Assembly (NCBI GenBank): GCA_963696395.1
Contig: CAVOJZ010000002.1
Location: 70,433 to 134,432, forward strand
Direction: 5' to 3'
DNA from: an uncultured bacterium
GTDB taxonomy: Bacteria > Patescibacteriota > Minisyncoccia > UBA6257 > 2-01-FULL-56-20
Length of the DNA stretch: 64,000 bases
Position numbers and translations under genes: made by a program. The first letter of the stretch is position 1, and every line of letters begins with the position of its first letter. Below the pieces are notes generated by a model. It saw nothing but the letters and a program-made list of their open reading frames with translations, was not told the origin of the DNA and made no database searches. Positions 46,821-59,296 of this stretch are shown in pieces.

Positions 46821-49241
46821 CTAACGCTTCGGTCCGTCAATGGAATGGCCCCCAAAACGATTACGGAGAGCTGATAAAATTTTTCCTACATAACTCGGCT
46901 TCCGGTTGGATTGCACGCGGAACTTAAAAGAATCTTCGATTGCCGGAAGTTCCAGGTTCCATTTTTTACCCGTCTTTACCGTCCACTCTCCCTCGCCGGT
47001 GTACGCAACCGACCCCGAAACCCTGCCAAGATCCTGCCCGTAAAGCTTAAAGGCGTCCTCTAGCCACCCCACAAGGCGCGACTCAATGACGCTGCCGCGA
47101 TTATAAACATTTGCGATTTTTTCGAGGTCGAGCTTGAACGGCGATTTTTTCATGAGAGCAAACCCTTCTGCAAGTGACTGCATCATGCCGTATTCAATCC
47201 CGTTGTGCACCATTTTCACAAAGTGTCCGGATCCGGCAGCACCGAAATGCGAATAACCATGGGGAACGGAAAGATCCGCGAATAACGGTTCAAGCCGGTC
47301 AAATATTTTTTTGTCGCCGCCGATCATCAGGGAGCCTCCGTTACGCGCCCCGGCCGGACCGCCGGAAAATCCGACATCCACAAAATGAATTCCCTTCTTT
47401 TCCAACAATTTTGCGCGGCGGACGGTATCTTCGTAAAAGGAATTCGCCGCATCGATCACGAAATCACCCTTTCGCAGATGCGGCACAAGCGTTTCTAAAA
47501 ATTCATCGATCCCCTTCCCTGCGGTTATCATCATCCAAATAATACGCGGCGAGTGCAGCTTGGACACAAGGTCCTCAGGAGAAGACGCCGTTTCAAATCC
47601 TTCTTTTCCCATCTCGACGACCGAAGGTTGTGACCGGTTTGAGACAATGACCCTCCATCCATGATCTTTCAACTGGCGCGCGACGTTCGCGCCCATCTTA
47701 CCGAGCCCGAATATGCCAATTTCTTTTTTTATCGTTTGCGGAACCGGCCTGTCCTCAAGCAAAACTTCCGCCTCTTTAATGATTGCCGGATGATCTGGCA
47801 CGTAATATCTGAGTGGCACAAGATCTTTCTGCCAGCCTTTTATAATCGGATCGATAAATCGCCACATGGCGATAATCTCGTCGCTTGAAATGAAAAGCGT
47901 CTGGTCGCCCTCCATGCAATCAAGCAGCAATTTTTCATATTCCTCGGTATATTGCGCCTTATGCTCACCTCCCCGAAGATTAAATTCGAACGTTCTTTCC
48001 TCGATTTCCATTTTGAAACCCGGCTTTTTTGACCAGAAATGGATCGTGATACCTTCGTGCGGATCCTGGCGAAAAACAACTGAGTCCCGATAGTGTTTGC
48101 CGGGCGGGCAAAGACATGGTGATGGATGGCGGAAAATCACTTCGATTTCCGTCACTTCACCGGCGTCACGCGCGGAGAGAAGCCGCTTGCCCGCTTCCAT
48201 AATAAATTCAACGCCTTCCCAATTCGGATCCTCAATCGAAAATCGCGCACGGAAGTAGGTTTCTGTCTTGGAATTCGGCGCAACGCCTTTGATGGATTTA
48301 TATCCTTCGTATTGCGCACGGAATGTCTGAACCGCCACTTCCTCGCGAGAAAGAGGCTTCAAAGACTTCAATATTCGCGCGCGACTTTCGCGGATCGCCT
48401 TCGCGCTCAAATCCTTCGGCTGGCTCATCGTCGTGAGAGCAACCATCTGCAGCATATGATTCTGACCAACATCCCGCAGGGCGCCAAGCGGATCGTAAAA
48501 CGGTCCGCGATCTTCGACGCCAACATTCTCAAGTTCGCGAACATACACCTTCTCTATTAATTCCTTGCCCCAGCCGTTTTCGAAAAGATTATTATAAAAC
48601 CGAAACGCGAGGACATTCTGGAAAGTCTCTTTTGCAAGATAATGGTCGATGCGATAGATTTGGTCCTCCTCGAAAATTTTTGCCAGTTTTGCGTCCAGCT
48701 GCTTTGCGCTCTTTTCATCGTTCCCGAAGGGTTTTTCGACAACGATACGGGTCCAGCCCTCTCCTTGTCCGCCCGGCGCACATTCTTCGTGCAAACCAGC
48801 CTTCTTCATGTTGTCCAAAATTTCCGCATAATATTGCGGCGGAACGGAAAGATAAAAAAGCTTGTTCGAACACATCCCTTTCTCGTCGTCGATTTTTTTC
48901 AGCGCATCCTTCAATGCGGCATAATCATCCTGTGATTGAAATGTCAGCTTGTGATAAATTGCCAATTGCAGAAATGCATCCACCGAAGCTCTTGCTGCAT
49001 GAGGCGCTTTTACGCTCAAAATGGCTTCCATATGCCGGCGAAGATCCTCGTCCTCCCAATCGCGCCGGGAGACACCGATAAACTGAAAATGAGGAGGTAA
49101 TGCTTTTTTTTCGTATAAATTAAAAAGGGCCGGAACGATTTTTTTTGTCATCAAATCTCCCGTTGCTCCAAGAACAACAAAGATGGTCGGGGCAAAATGC
49201 TTTTGATTTTCGATTGAAGCCATGTTTCTATAGTATCTCAT
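46821..49241 (-). CDS. zwf: Fusion protein: glucose-6-phosphate dehydrogenase (N-terminal, about 500 aa) plus 6-phosphogluconate dehydrogenase-like NAD(P)-binding/C-terminal domains (about 300 aa)
   Basis: G6PD: IFVVLGATGDLMTKKIVPAL (NADP motif), RIDHYLAKETFQNVLAFRF (G6PD active-site signature), C-terminal G6PD domain. Then IGIFGLGKMGANVARQL (Rossmann), GFSGGPAGARNGGSLMIGGDKK, GAAGSGHFVKMVHNGIEYGMMQ (6PGDH family signatures). Probable start at MASIENQ (about 49223). Confidence 0.75.
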   Translation of the reverse strand: MRYYRNMASIENQKHFAPTIFVVLGATGDLMTKKIVPALFNLYEKKALPPHFQFIGVSRRDWEDEDLRRHMEAILSVKAPHAARASVDAFLQLAIYHKLTFQSQDDYAALKDALKKIDDEKGMCSNKLFYLSVPPQYYAEILDNMKKAGLHEECAPGGQGEGWTRIVVEKPFGNDEKSAKQLDAKLAKIFEEDQIYRIDHYLAKETFQNVLAFRFYNNLFENGWGKELIEKVYVRELENVGVEDRGPFYDPLGALRDVGQNHMLQMVALTTMSQPKDLSAKAIRESRARILKSLKPLSREEVAVQTFRAQYEGYKSIKGVAPNSKTETYFRARFSIEDPNWEGVEFIMEAGKRLLSARDAGEVTEIEVIFRHPSPCLCPPGKHYRDSVVFRQDPHEGITIHFWSKKPGFKMEIEERTFEFNLRGGEHKAQYTEEYEKLLLDCMEGDQTLFISSDEIIAMWRFIDPIIKGWQKDLVPLRYYVPDHPAIIKEAEVLLEDRPVPQTIKKEIGIFGLGKMGANVARQLKDHGWRVIVSNRSQPSVVEMGKEGFETASSPEDLVSKLHSPRIIWMMITAGKGIDEFLETLVPHLRKGDFVIDAANSFYEDTVRRAKLLEKKGIHFVDVGFSGGPAGARNGGSLMIGGDKKIFDRLEPLFADLSVPHGYSHFGAAGSGHFVKMVHNGIEYGMMQSLAEGFALMKKSPFKLDLEKIANVYNRGSVIESRLVGWLEDAFKLYGQDLGRVSGSVAYTGEGEWTVKTGKKWNLELPAIEDSFKFRVQSNRKPSYVGKILSALRNRFGGHSIDGPKR

Positions 49242-49282
49242 GAAAATAAAAAGCGGGGCAATGGGCGCTTTGAAACCGCTTT

Positions 49283-50014
49283 TTATCCTTCTATTTTATA
49301 ACCATAACCATGTACTGTTTTGAGCAATTTTTTCTTCCGCCCCTCATCAATCTTCACGCGCAAAAAGCGGATATGGACATCTACGGTATTCGTGAACGGA
49401 TCGGCATTAATATCCCATACATGTTCGAGAATCATATTACGAGTGAGCGTGGTGCCTTGGTTCCTCACAAGATATTCAAGAAGGGCAAATTCCTTTTTGT
49501 TGAGCTGCAAAGGCCTGCCATTGCGGGTTACGGTGTGAGTGATGGTATCCATTTCGAGGTCGGCAATTTTCATGACAGAACCAACGATCGTTTTTTCCCG
49601 CCGCAAAAGCGCCCGCATCCTTGCGGTAAGCTCCGCGAGCGAAAAAGGTTTTGCGAGATAATCGTCGGCTCCAAGATTCAATGCCTCAACTTTCGTTGAT
49701 GTATCTTTAACGATGGAAAGCATGATGATCGGATAGGTCCGTCCCCTCTCCCGAATGGCTTTGCAAATGTCGAGGCCATTGCCCGACCGGCCAAGATTGA
49801 TATCGAGAATGGCGATGTCGTAAGGGTTCGTTTTCGCCCAAAATACCGCCTTTTCAAATTGATCGGTCCAATCCACGGCAAAATGTTCCGCCCGGAGGCC
49901 GGTCAAAATGAAGGACGCCATCTTTGACTCATCTTCAACTAAAAGGGCACGCATATCACCATGATACCGTCCCGACATTAAAAAATTATTAAATCCCTGG
50001 ACGGTTATCCACAA
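49283..50014 (-). CDS. OmpR-family response regulator (REC plus winged-helix), no adjacent histidine kinase
   Basis: MRALLVEDE...DIAILDINLG...; C-terminal LTRNMILEHVWD...TVDVHIRFLRVKID...GYGY; likely starts at MRALLVEDE (about 49951). Confidence 0.8.
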   Translation of the reverse strand: MWITVQGFNNFLMSGRYHGDMRALLVEDESKMASFILTGLRAEHFAVDWTDQFEKAVFWAKTNPYDIAILDINLGRSGNGLDICKAIRERGRTYPIIMLSIVKDTSTKVEALNLGADDYLAKPFSLAELTARMRALLRREKTIVGSVMKIADLEMDTITHTVTRNGRPLQLNKKEFALLEYLVRNQGTTLTRNMILEHVWDINADPFTNTVDVHIRFLRVKIDEGRKKKLLKTVHGYGYKIEG

Positions 50015-50016
50015 GC

Positions 50017-50508
50017 CTATTGCGCTGGCGTGGACGAAACCGAAAGCAACTGAACCGTAAAGTGAAGCGTGGAATTCGGGGGAATTGAGCCCTGGCCGGA
50101 TGACCCATAAGCGAGCTCAGGAGGAATAGTGAGCTCTCGCGTGCCGCCAACTTTCATACCAATGAGACCAAGATCCCATCCCTGAATAACCTGATTCACG
50201 CCGAGGATAAAAGAAAACGGCTGGTTGCCGTGAAGCGATGAGGCGTCGAAGACGGTTCCGTTATCGAATTTTCCGGTATATAAAACACTTACAGTGTCTC
50301 CTGCCGCTGCCGCCGTTCCGGTACCGACGACCGTATCAACGATTTTTAGATTTTGCATGGCTTGTGATTGCGATTGTTCCGCCGCAGTGCCCTGATCGAC
50401 CGCTGACTGCTCACTCTGCTGAGTTATTTGATTGCTATACCACGTTCCGAGACCGATAAGACCGGCCGCAATGACCACGAACACCACGACAAGAATTGTT
50501 TTTTTCAT
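50017..50508 (-). CDS. FKBP-type peptidyl-prolyl cis-trans isomerase, secreted or anchored
   Basis: N-terminal TM; DTVSVLYTGKFDNGTVFDAS...FILGVNQVIQGWDLGLIGMKVGGTRELTIPPELAYG. Confidence 0.85.
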   Translation of the reverse strand: MKKTILVVVFVVIAAGLIGLGTWYSNQITQQSEQSAVDQGTAAEQSQSQAMQNLKIVDTVVGTGTAAAAGDTVSVLYTGKFDNGTVFDASSLHGNQPFSFILGVNQVIQGWDLGLIGMKVGGTRELTIPPELAYGSSGQGSIPPNSTLHFTVQLLSVSSTPAQ

Positions 50509-50528
50509 AAAACTTATTGTAGCACGCC

Positions 50529-50846
50529 TTATGAAATTTTCGAACCGGGCGGAACCGCCCCTGAAGGCAAAAGAAGCACCGGTTCTCCCTCGCCCCCGTG
50601 CGCCGCAAGCAGCATCCCTTGGCTTTCAAGGCCCATCATCATCCGAGGCTCAAGGTTTGCTATCACAACGACGTCTTTCCCAATGAGGTCTTCGGGTGAG
50701 TAATGTTTCGCAATGCCGGAAACTATCTGGCGCGGTTCACCGATATCTATGTTTAATTTTAATAACTTCTCCGAGCCTTCCACCCGCTCCGCTGCGACAA
50801 TCTTACCCACACGCAAATCTGATTTTTGGAATTCCTCAAGGGTCAT
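50529..50846 (-). CDS. tRNA-binding domain protein (CsaA/Trbp111, EMAP-like OB fold)
   Basis: FQKSDLRVGKIVAAERVEGSEKLLKLNIDIGE..RQIVSGIAKHYSPEDLIGKDVVVIANLEPRMMMGLESQGMLLAA. Confidence 0.8.
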   Translation of the reverse strand: MTLEEFQKSDLRVGKIVAAERVEGSEKLLKLNIDIGEPRQIVSGIAKHYSPEDLIGKDVVVIANLEPRMMMGLESQGMLLAAHGGEGEPVLLLPSGAVPPGSKIS

Positions 50847-51733
50847 GGAACTACGATATCAGAATTGCCGGACAAGTCCACTTTTACCTTGCCTGAAGAT
50901 GAACCCGAACCGGAGCCAGGGTCGAAATCCGAATTCGAACTCGACTGGTATCGGGGCGGCTTTATCGGCGGAAGAATGATTGTCCCGTGCTGAAATATTC
51001 TCGTGCCCGTTCCGTTTCTGATATTTTTCGGAAGGATGATGATGGTTGTACTTGCAACCACATTCACCGAACCGCTTGCGACAACAGTCTCCCCGGCGTC
51101 CGTGCCGCAACGATCCTGGAGGCGTTTTAGTAAAGTTGGATTATTTGATAACTCAAATGTTGCTTGCGCGGATCTCAACACGATCGATGTAACCTGGTTG
51201 CAGTCGCTATTCGCGTTGAGGGTGGCCGATGTTCCCATATCGAAATGCTGGCCGGAAACCGTCTCACTCGAGGTCGCGCTCTCACTTTCGACATGCCCCA
51301 ATGAGCTACTCACGTCGTTCACGAAGTCGGCCGACAATCCGGCAATGAGGGTGCTTGATGGTTTTCGCGTTGCGAGATCCTGAATTTCGTTCGCGCGGCG
51401 GACGGCGAGCGTCGCTTCAAGCTGCGCCTGATCGTCAGTTGGCGTGAGCGCAAGACGGACATTTTCACTCAACCGTTTCAATGGATAAAGCGGGCTATCC
51501 GCAGGCACGTTTGCCGTATCGGCGTATGCAGAGACGCTCATCATCACAGCGACAAATGCCCCGGCCACAATAAATCCTTTTGCCCATCCCGCCATACGGC
51601 TCTTAACTTCTGCTTTTCCACGGACCCCATAATGCGCATCAAAAGCCGCCAAAAAACGTTCTTTGGCTTTCTCTGTAAATTGCTTCCGTGGGGGCGGTAA
51701 CAATGGTGATTTTTTAAATGAATTAAGGCTCAT
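50843..51733 (-). CDS. Membrane protein downstream of ECF sigma (DUF5667-like putative anti-sigma)
   Basis: Cytoplasmic N-terminus, single TM (FIVAGAFVAVMMSVSAYA), periplasmic domain DSPLYPLKRLSENVRLAL...; start overlaps upstream gene stop. Confidence 0.4.
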   Translation of the reverse strand: MSLNSFKKSPLLPPPRKQFTEKAKERFLAAFDAHYGVRGKAEVKSRMAGWAKGFIVAGAFVAVMMSVSAYADTANVPADSPLYPLKRLSENVRLALTPTDDQAQLEATLAVRRANEIQDLATRKPSSTLIAGLSADFVNDVSSSLGHVESESATSSETVSGQHFDMGTSATLNANSDCNQVTSIVLRSAQATFELSNNPTLLKRLQDRCGTDAGETVVASGSVNVVASTTIIILPKNIRNGTGTRIFQHGTIILPPIKPPRYQSSSNSDFDPGSGSGSSSGKVKVDLSGNSDIVVP

Positions 51734-51771
51734 GGCGGTAAAAGTTCAGATCTGGATTTTTTAAATGTTTT

Positions 51772-52329
51772 TTAAGCACGGCTAAATTCTTTTTTTATTT
51801 TTTCTTTCACTCTCAGGACCGCAACCCGCAATGACCCCTCGGATCGTTCGAGCATAACGGCAATTTCCTTATACGGCATTTCTGCGAGATAACGCAACTC
51901 GAAAAGCTGCTTTTCATCGTCGCTCAACGTCTTCAGAAAACCGGTAAGCTTATCGTACTGTAGTTTATGGTCGAAATCCGGAGTCTCCTCGACCGCCATC
52001 GCCGCCACCGTTTCATCCTCGAAACTTGAAAATGGCGTTTCCTTCTTCTCGCGATAATGATCAATGAGAACATTCCGAACCATCTGCCAGAACCACACGG
52101 TAAACCTTCCGCGTTTTTCGTCGAAACTCTCAACTTTTTCGACAAGCTTCAGGAAGATATCCTGGGAAAGATCTTCAGCAACTTCGCGCTTTCCGGTTCT
52201 CGAGAAAATAAACCCAAAGACTTTGGGCATAAGATCATCGTAAAGCTCCGACGCCGCCCCACGGTCGCCCTTCTTCATTTTGAGGGCAAGTGAGGTTAAA
52301 TGGTCTCTTTTGCTGATATTGAATTCCAT
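51772..52329 (-). CDS. RNA polymerase sigma-70 family ECF sigma factor
   Basis: Region 2 DLSQDIFLKLVEKVESFD...FTVWFWQMVRNVLIDHYREKK; region 4 YKEIAVMLERSEGSLRVAVLRVKEKI. Confidence 0.8.
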   Translation of the reverse strand: MEFNISKRDHLTSLALKMKKGDRGAASELYDDLMPKVFGFIFSRTGKREVAEDLSQDIFLKLVEKVESFDEKRGRFTVWFWQMVRNVLIDHYREKKETPFSSFEDETVAAMAVEETPDFDHKLQYDKLTGFLKTLSDDEKQLFELRYLAEMPYKEIAVMLERSEGSLRVAVLRVKEKIKKEFSRA

Positions 52330-52541
52330 AAGTGTTTACGATCAGGTCTGTTTATTGTTACTACGCCGCAGTTTCCGCATTTTTCACACGGTATTACATA
52401 TAACGTTATCTTAAAAGCTAAGTTTCGGAAAGTTTTTTCCACACCTGTGCAGTGAGTTTTATTGCACCCATTAAGCGAGGAAAAATAAGGCTTGGATGAA
52501 TCCAACTCTGAATTTCTTTCACAATTTATCCCGAGGTAATC

Positions 52542-55274
<2,733 letters not shown>

Positions 55275-55314
55275 AATGCCCCGGAGTGATCCGGGGCATT
55301 TTGTTCAAGCGATA

Positions 55315-55386
55315 CTATCTGCGCTTGCTCTTCTTCGCTGTCTTCCGCTTTGCTGTCTTCTTCTTCGCTTTTTTCTTTGCAGCCAT
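55315..55386 (-). CDS. Possible 23-aa Lys/Ala-rich micro-ORF (MAAKKKAKKKTAKRKTAKKSKRR)
   Basis: ATG...TAG on the minus strand directly downstream of secA. Not in the ORF track because it is shorter than 60 aa; existence is uncertain. Confidence 0.2.
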   Translation of the reverse strand: MAAKKKAKKKTAKRKTAKKSKRR

Positions 55387-55538
55387 TTCTTTTTTTATTT
55401 TTTGATTTGTGATTAGGTTGCCGACCACCCTAATGCATTTTCAAACCGGGCACACGGCCTCGCAGTTCGAAAATTTATCTTATCTTCAGTATATACAATC
55501 GCGACGCGGTCCGACTGTGGATAAGTCTTGATCGGAAT

Positions 55539-55874
55539 CTATTTTCGATTCGAGCGGCGCGGATCAACACGCTTCGTTTTATATTTTTCTATCTCAAGAC
55601 GAAGCGTATCTTTGACCTGATCAATCGCGGTGCGGATATCGTCGGCATATTCTTCGGCCCGAATTATTTTTTTGGGCAAGCGCAAGTCTGCAGCGGCAAA
55701 ATAAACTTCCCCCTTCCGCTGACGACGCGTCGTGCGCGAAATTTCGATCCAGATTTCCGCTTCGCCGGCTTCGTCGAGGCCTTTGATGAATTTTGCGAGC
55801 GGTGCCAGCTTTTCCTCGACGTAGTTTTCGAGCGACGGCGTGCGGTCAACAGTTTTTGTTATGGTTATTTTCAT
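55539..55874 (-). CDS. hpf: Ribosome hibernation promoting factor / RaiA (S30AE family)
   Basis: MKITITKTVDRTPSLENYVEEKLAPLAKF...EIWIEISRTTRRQRKGEVYFAAADLRLPKKIIRAEEYADDIRTAID; short form, about 110 aa. Confidence 0.75.
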   Translation of the reverse strand: MKITITKTVDRTPSLENYVEEKLAPLAKFIKGLDEAGEAEIWIEISRTTRRQRKGEVYFAAADLRLPKKIIRAEEYADDIRTAIDQVKDTLRLEIEKYKTKRVDPRRSNRK

Positions 55875-55878
55875 GGGT

Positions 55879-56892
55879 TTATATAGTTTGGACCTCTTCT
55901 TCTAATTGTACACCAAATCTCCTCCAAACTTCCGCTTTCGCGAGCTCGATAAGAGTTTTTACGTCATTCGCATTGGCGTCGAGAACGTTGACGATAAAAT
56001 TGGGGTGCTTTGGTGAGATCATCGCACCGCCGAAACTCACACCGCGGAGACCCGACTCCCCGATGAGCTTCGCCGCTGAGATCACCGGAAACGGATCGGT
56101 CTTGATTGAAAATTGTGAACCGCGGAAACTGACGGTTGCGGCTGCGAGCGCCTTGCGATAAGACGCGCCTCCTTTTTTATGGATACGCTCAAGCGGAACA
56201 TTTTTGAACGTGCTCCCGATATTCGGATGTTCGAGCGGATGGCTTCTTTTCCGATGGGCAATTTTTTCCCTGGCGGCAACGGTGATTTCTTTTTTATTTC
56301 CTTTTGTAAAATGCAAAATCGTATCCAACACTATCTCGCGGCCGTTTTTCTTTTTGAAAACGCTCTCACGATATGCAAAGCCGCATTGCGGCGCCCGGCG
56401 TTTAACGATCTTCATGGTCTTGGTATCAAGGCTTCGGACTGAAACAATCACATCTTTCATCTCACCGCCAAAGCAACCCGCATTCCCACGGATAGCGCCG
56501 CCGACCGTTCCGGGCAGGCCACCGGCCCACTCAACCCCTTTTAGCGATTTTTTCGCCGCGAATTCCAGAAGGTCCGCCATCAAAACGCCTGCGCCAACTT
56601 GCACGAACCCCCCCTTCGCTTTCATGGTTCTCATGTCCGGGCGTAACACCAGCCCGTCAAATCCTTTATCACTAATGAGCAAATTCGTGCCGCCAGAAAG
56701 AATAAAAATCCTTAATTTCCGCTTTTTTGCCTCTCGCACTGCCCAGGTAAGGTCCTTTTCGCTTTTTGCATTGAAAAAGAAACTGGCCGGGCCGCCGATT
56801 TTATAATGACTGTACTTCGCAAGTGAGATATTTTCCTTGAATTTCGGCATGGCATAATGGCTGGCAAGAACAAAAACAGCCGCTCCGCCCAA
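55879..56892 (-). CDS. murB: UDP-N-acetylenolpyruvoylglucosamine reductase MurB
   Basis: FAD-binding [11 protein letters not shown]...[41 protein letters not shown]; C-terminal MurB domain. Start probably MPKFKEN (about 56850). Confidence 0.85.
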   Translation of the reverse strand: [337 protein letters not shown]

Positions 56893-57161
56893 GACTTATC
56901 GTTCGAGACTACACGAAAAGTGCTGGGCGGAGCGGCTGTGGTGACCTCCAGTTCTATTTGATTTGAACGAGTGCTCTTCAGCTGCTCCATGATCAGTATA
57001 GCAAAGGAGTGGGAAATAATCGATCTTTAAAACTAAAATCCCCCTTGCGGGGGTTTTAGCCAAATAGAACTGTGTGGGATATGCCTCAGTCGATATCATC
57101 GTTGAGGTATACTCGCACCCATTCGAGAGCATTATAGCAGAATGCTTCCAAAAACGCAAGC

Positions 57162-57773
57162 TTAGTTCTGCTTTTTGAACACCCAATATTTATATCCGAA
57201 GAAGTCCCATAGGAACGACGCCGCTACACCGCCAAGCGGGGCGACGATATTCACCCACACATGCGAAGCTGGACCGGCAGATTTTACAAGCGTTGCAACG
57301 CCGACATTCAAAGCCCATCCGACGAGAGCGACGCCGTAAAATGCGGTCACCTCCCCCGCCTTCGGTTTTTCCTGAGCACCAAACGTCCAATATTTATTCC
57401 ACACAAAGCTGTTCGTCGTTGCACATACGAATGAGATCGCCTTGAAAAGCGCGAATAAACCGTTTCCTATTATTGACGATCCGTAGAAGAACGTCTCCAG
57501 ATTGAAAACGCCAAGGTCGATAAAACTATTCAAGGTTCCGACTGCGGCAAACTGTGCGAATTGGTAGATACCCGCTAACCATCGTGTGAGCAATCTCGCA
57601 ATATAAAGCGCGAGTGGCGCGAGCACGAGGAAAAAGACGAACACCCCAAGCCTCGCGGTAAGCGTCAGATACGCAAGATAATGCGCCGGAACATTGTTCG
57701 CGAGGATCGGCTGAATGAGCAAGCCAACCCCGCCGCCGATGATAAACGCCGCCTTAAGATCACCGCGGCTCAT
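57162..57773 (-). CDS. GtrA-family membrane protein (4 TM)
   Basis: FAQFAAVGTLNSFIDLGVFNL ... NKYWTF; typical GtrA-like motifs. Confidence 0.65.
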   Translation of the reverse strand: MSRGDLKAAFIIGGGVGLLIQPILANNVPAHYLAYLTLTARLGVFVFFLVLAPLALYIARLLTRWLAGIYQFAQFAAVGTLNSFIDLGVFNLETFFYGSSIIGNGLFALFKAISFVCATTNSFVWNKYWTFGAQEKPKAGEVTAFYGVALVGWALNVGVATLVKSAGPASHVWVNIVAPLGGVAASFLWDFFGYKYWVFKKQN

Positions 57774-58531
57774 TATTGAAGAGCGTAGGTTATCGTCACA
57801 TTGTCGGTGATATCCTGAGAGCCCGGCTGGATATTCGGCGAAACCATCGCGACACTCGGGGACGCACCGCCGGCTGAAGCCATGTTGTAGGATGGGAACG
57901 GAAGCGGAACGTTGCTGTTTTCGGAAAGGCTCACAACGGCACCGAGGCTAACTCCTGCTTCCGACGCCATTTCCATCGCCTTTGCTTTTGCCTTTGCAAT
58001 CGCATCGGCACGCGCCGGCCCAACCACCGCATCCTGATCGTTGAATGTAAAGGTTACGCCGCCAATTTGATTCACGCCAAGCGGCGCAAGACCTCCGAGA
58101 ATCGTGGCGACCTTCGAAAGGTCGTGGATTTTAATGGTCACGGTCTGCGTCAGCGTGTATCCAGTGGCATATTGCCGGCCGGTCACATTGTCGTACTGGT
58201 AATTCGGAGAAAGGTCATAAGCGGTCGTAGCTGTATCGCTTGCTGCGATCCCCTGCGCCGCAACGAATTGTAAAACTGCGTTCATCTTACTTGTATTGTT
58301 CGTGCTCAAAATATCCGGACTGGCTCCCTGCGAAACAACCGAGAACGAAACAATGGCGAGATCCGGCGTCGCCGTCGTCTTCCCTTCAGCACTCACCGTT
58401 ATCGTTTGTGATGGCGGATATGACGCACGTAGCGCCATAAATGCGGGAATACCGAAGAAAACAGCACTGATAATCACGACCACCAACAGCACATCGAGCA
58501 AAACCCAGAAATAAAACTTTTCTTTGTTCAT
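57773..58531 (-). CDS. SIMPL-domain (DUF541/YggE-like) secreted protein
   Basis: N-terminal anchor; ITVSAEGKTTATPDLAIVSFSVVSQG...YTLTQTVTIKIHDLSKV...GGVTFTFND fits the SIMPL pattern. Confidence 0.6.
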   Translation of the reverse strand: MNKEKFYFWVLLDVLLVVVIISAVFFGIPAFMALRASYPPSQTITVSAEGKTTATPDLAIVSFSVVSQGASPDILSTNNTSKMNAVLQFVAAQGIAASDTATTAYDLSPNYQYDNVTGRQYATGYTLTQTVTIKIHDLSKVATILGGLAPLGVNQIGGVTFTFNDQDAVVGPARADAIAKAKAKAMEMASEAGVSLGAVVSLSENSNVPLPFPSYNMASAGGASPSVAMVSPNIQPGSQDITDNVTITYALQ

Positions 58532-58546
58532 AATGTATTTTGTTAA

Positions 58547-59296
58547 TTATCGTTTCGAAACGATGTTAATCATTTTCTCAAACTCGTCGGCCTTTAAACT
58601 TGCTCCGCCAATGAGAGCGCCATCAATTTCTCTTAATTGTACAAAATCGCCGACGTTCTTCCCATTAACCGAGCCTCCATAAAGCACTCGGCTACCGGTA
58701 TGTTTTTTAATGAATTGAGCGACGAGTTTTGCATCATTCGGCGAATCAGACCGTCCGGTGCCGATTGCCCAAATCGGTTCATAGGCCACAATAACTTCTT
58801 TTGCAGTTTTTGCACGCGGAACACCGGCAAGATCTTTCTTTAATTGATTTTTAATAAATTTTTCCGCAAATGCGCCGCCCCGCTTTCTCACGGTAAGCGG
58901 CTCCCCTACACATAAAATGATTTTCAATCTATCCTTCAAGGCCAGTTTTATTTTCTTATTGATCATCGCATCGGTTTCATGAAGCCATTTCCGCCGCTCG
59001 GAATGCCCGACGATCACATATTTTGTTCCAAGTTTTTTGAGCATCAGCGGTCCAACTTCACTTGTATATGGCCCTTTTTCCTCCCAAAAAACATCCTGAG
59101 CTCCAAAAGAAAAACCTTTCTTTGATTTTTGCTTTTTATATGCTTTTGCAATTTCCTCTATATAAATAAACGGCGGGCAAACCGAAACTTCGACTGCTCC
59201 ATGGCGGCCGGCATTAGCAATATCGTTAAAAAGCTTCAGCGCTTGCTTCTCCGTCTTTGGATTCTCTTTCCAATTCGCAACGAGCAGTTTAGGCAT
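58547..59296 (-). CDS. tpiA: Triose-phosphate isomerase
   Basis: VANWKEN; IVGHSERR; AYEPIWAIGTG; LYGGSV: all TIM catalytic/loop signatures. Confidence 0.9.
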   Translation of the reverse strand: MPKLLVANWKENPKTEKQALKLFNDIANAGRHGAVEVSVCPPFIYIEEIAKAYKKQKSKKGFSFGAQDVFWEEKGPYTSEVGPLMLKKLGTKYVIVGHSERRKWLHETDAMINKKIKLALKDRLKIILCVGEPLTVRKRGGAFAEKFIKNQLKKDLAGVPRAKTAKEVIVAYEPIWAIGTGRSDSPNDAKLVAQFIKKHTGSRVLYGGSVNGKNVGDFVQLREIDGALIGGASLKADEFEKMINIVSKR

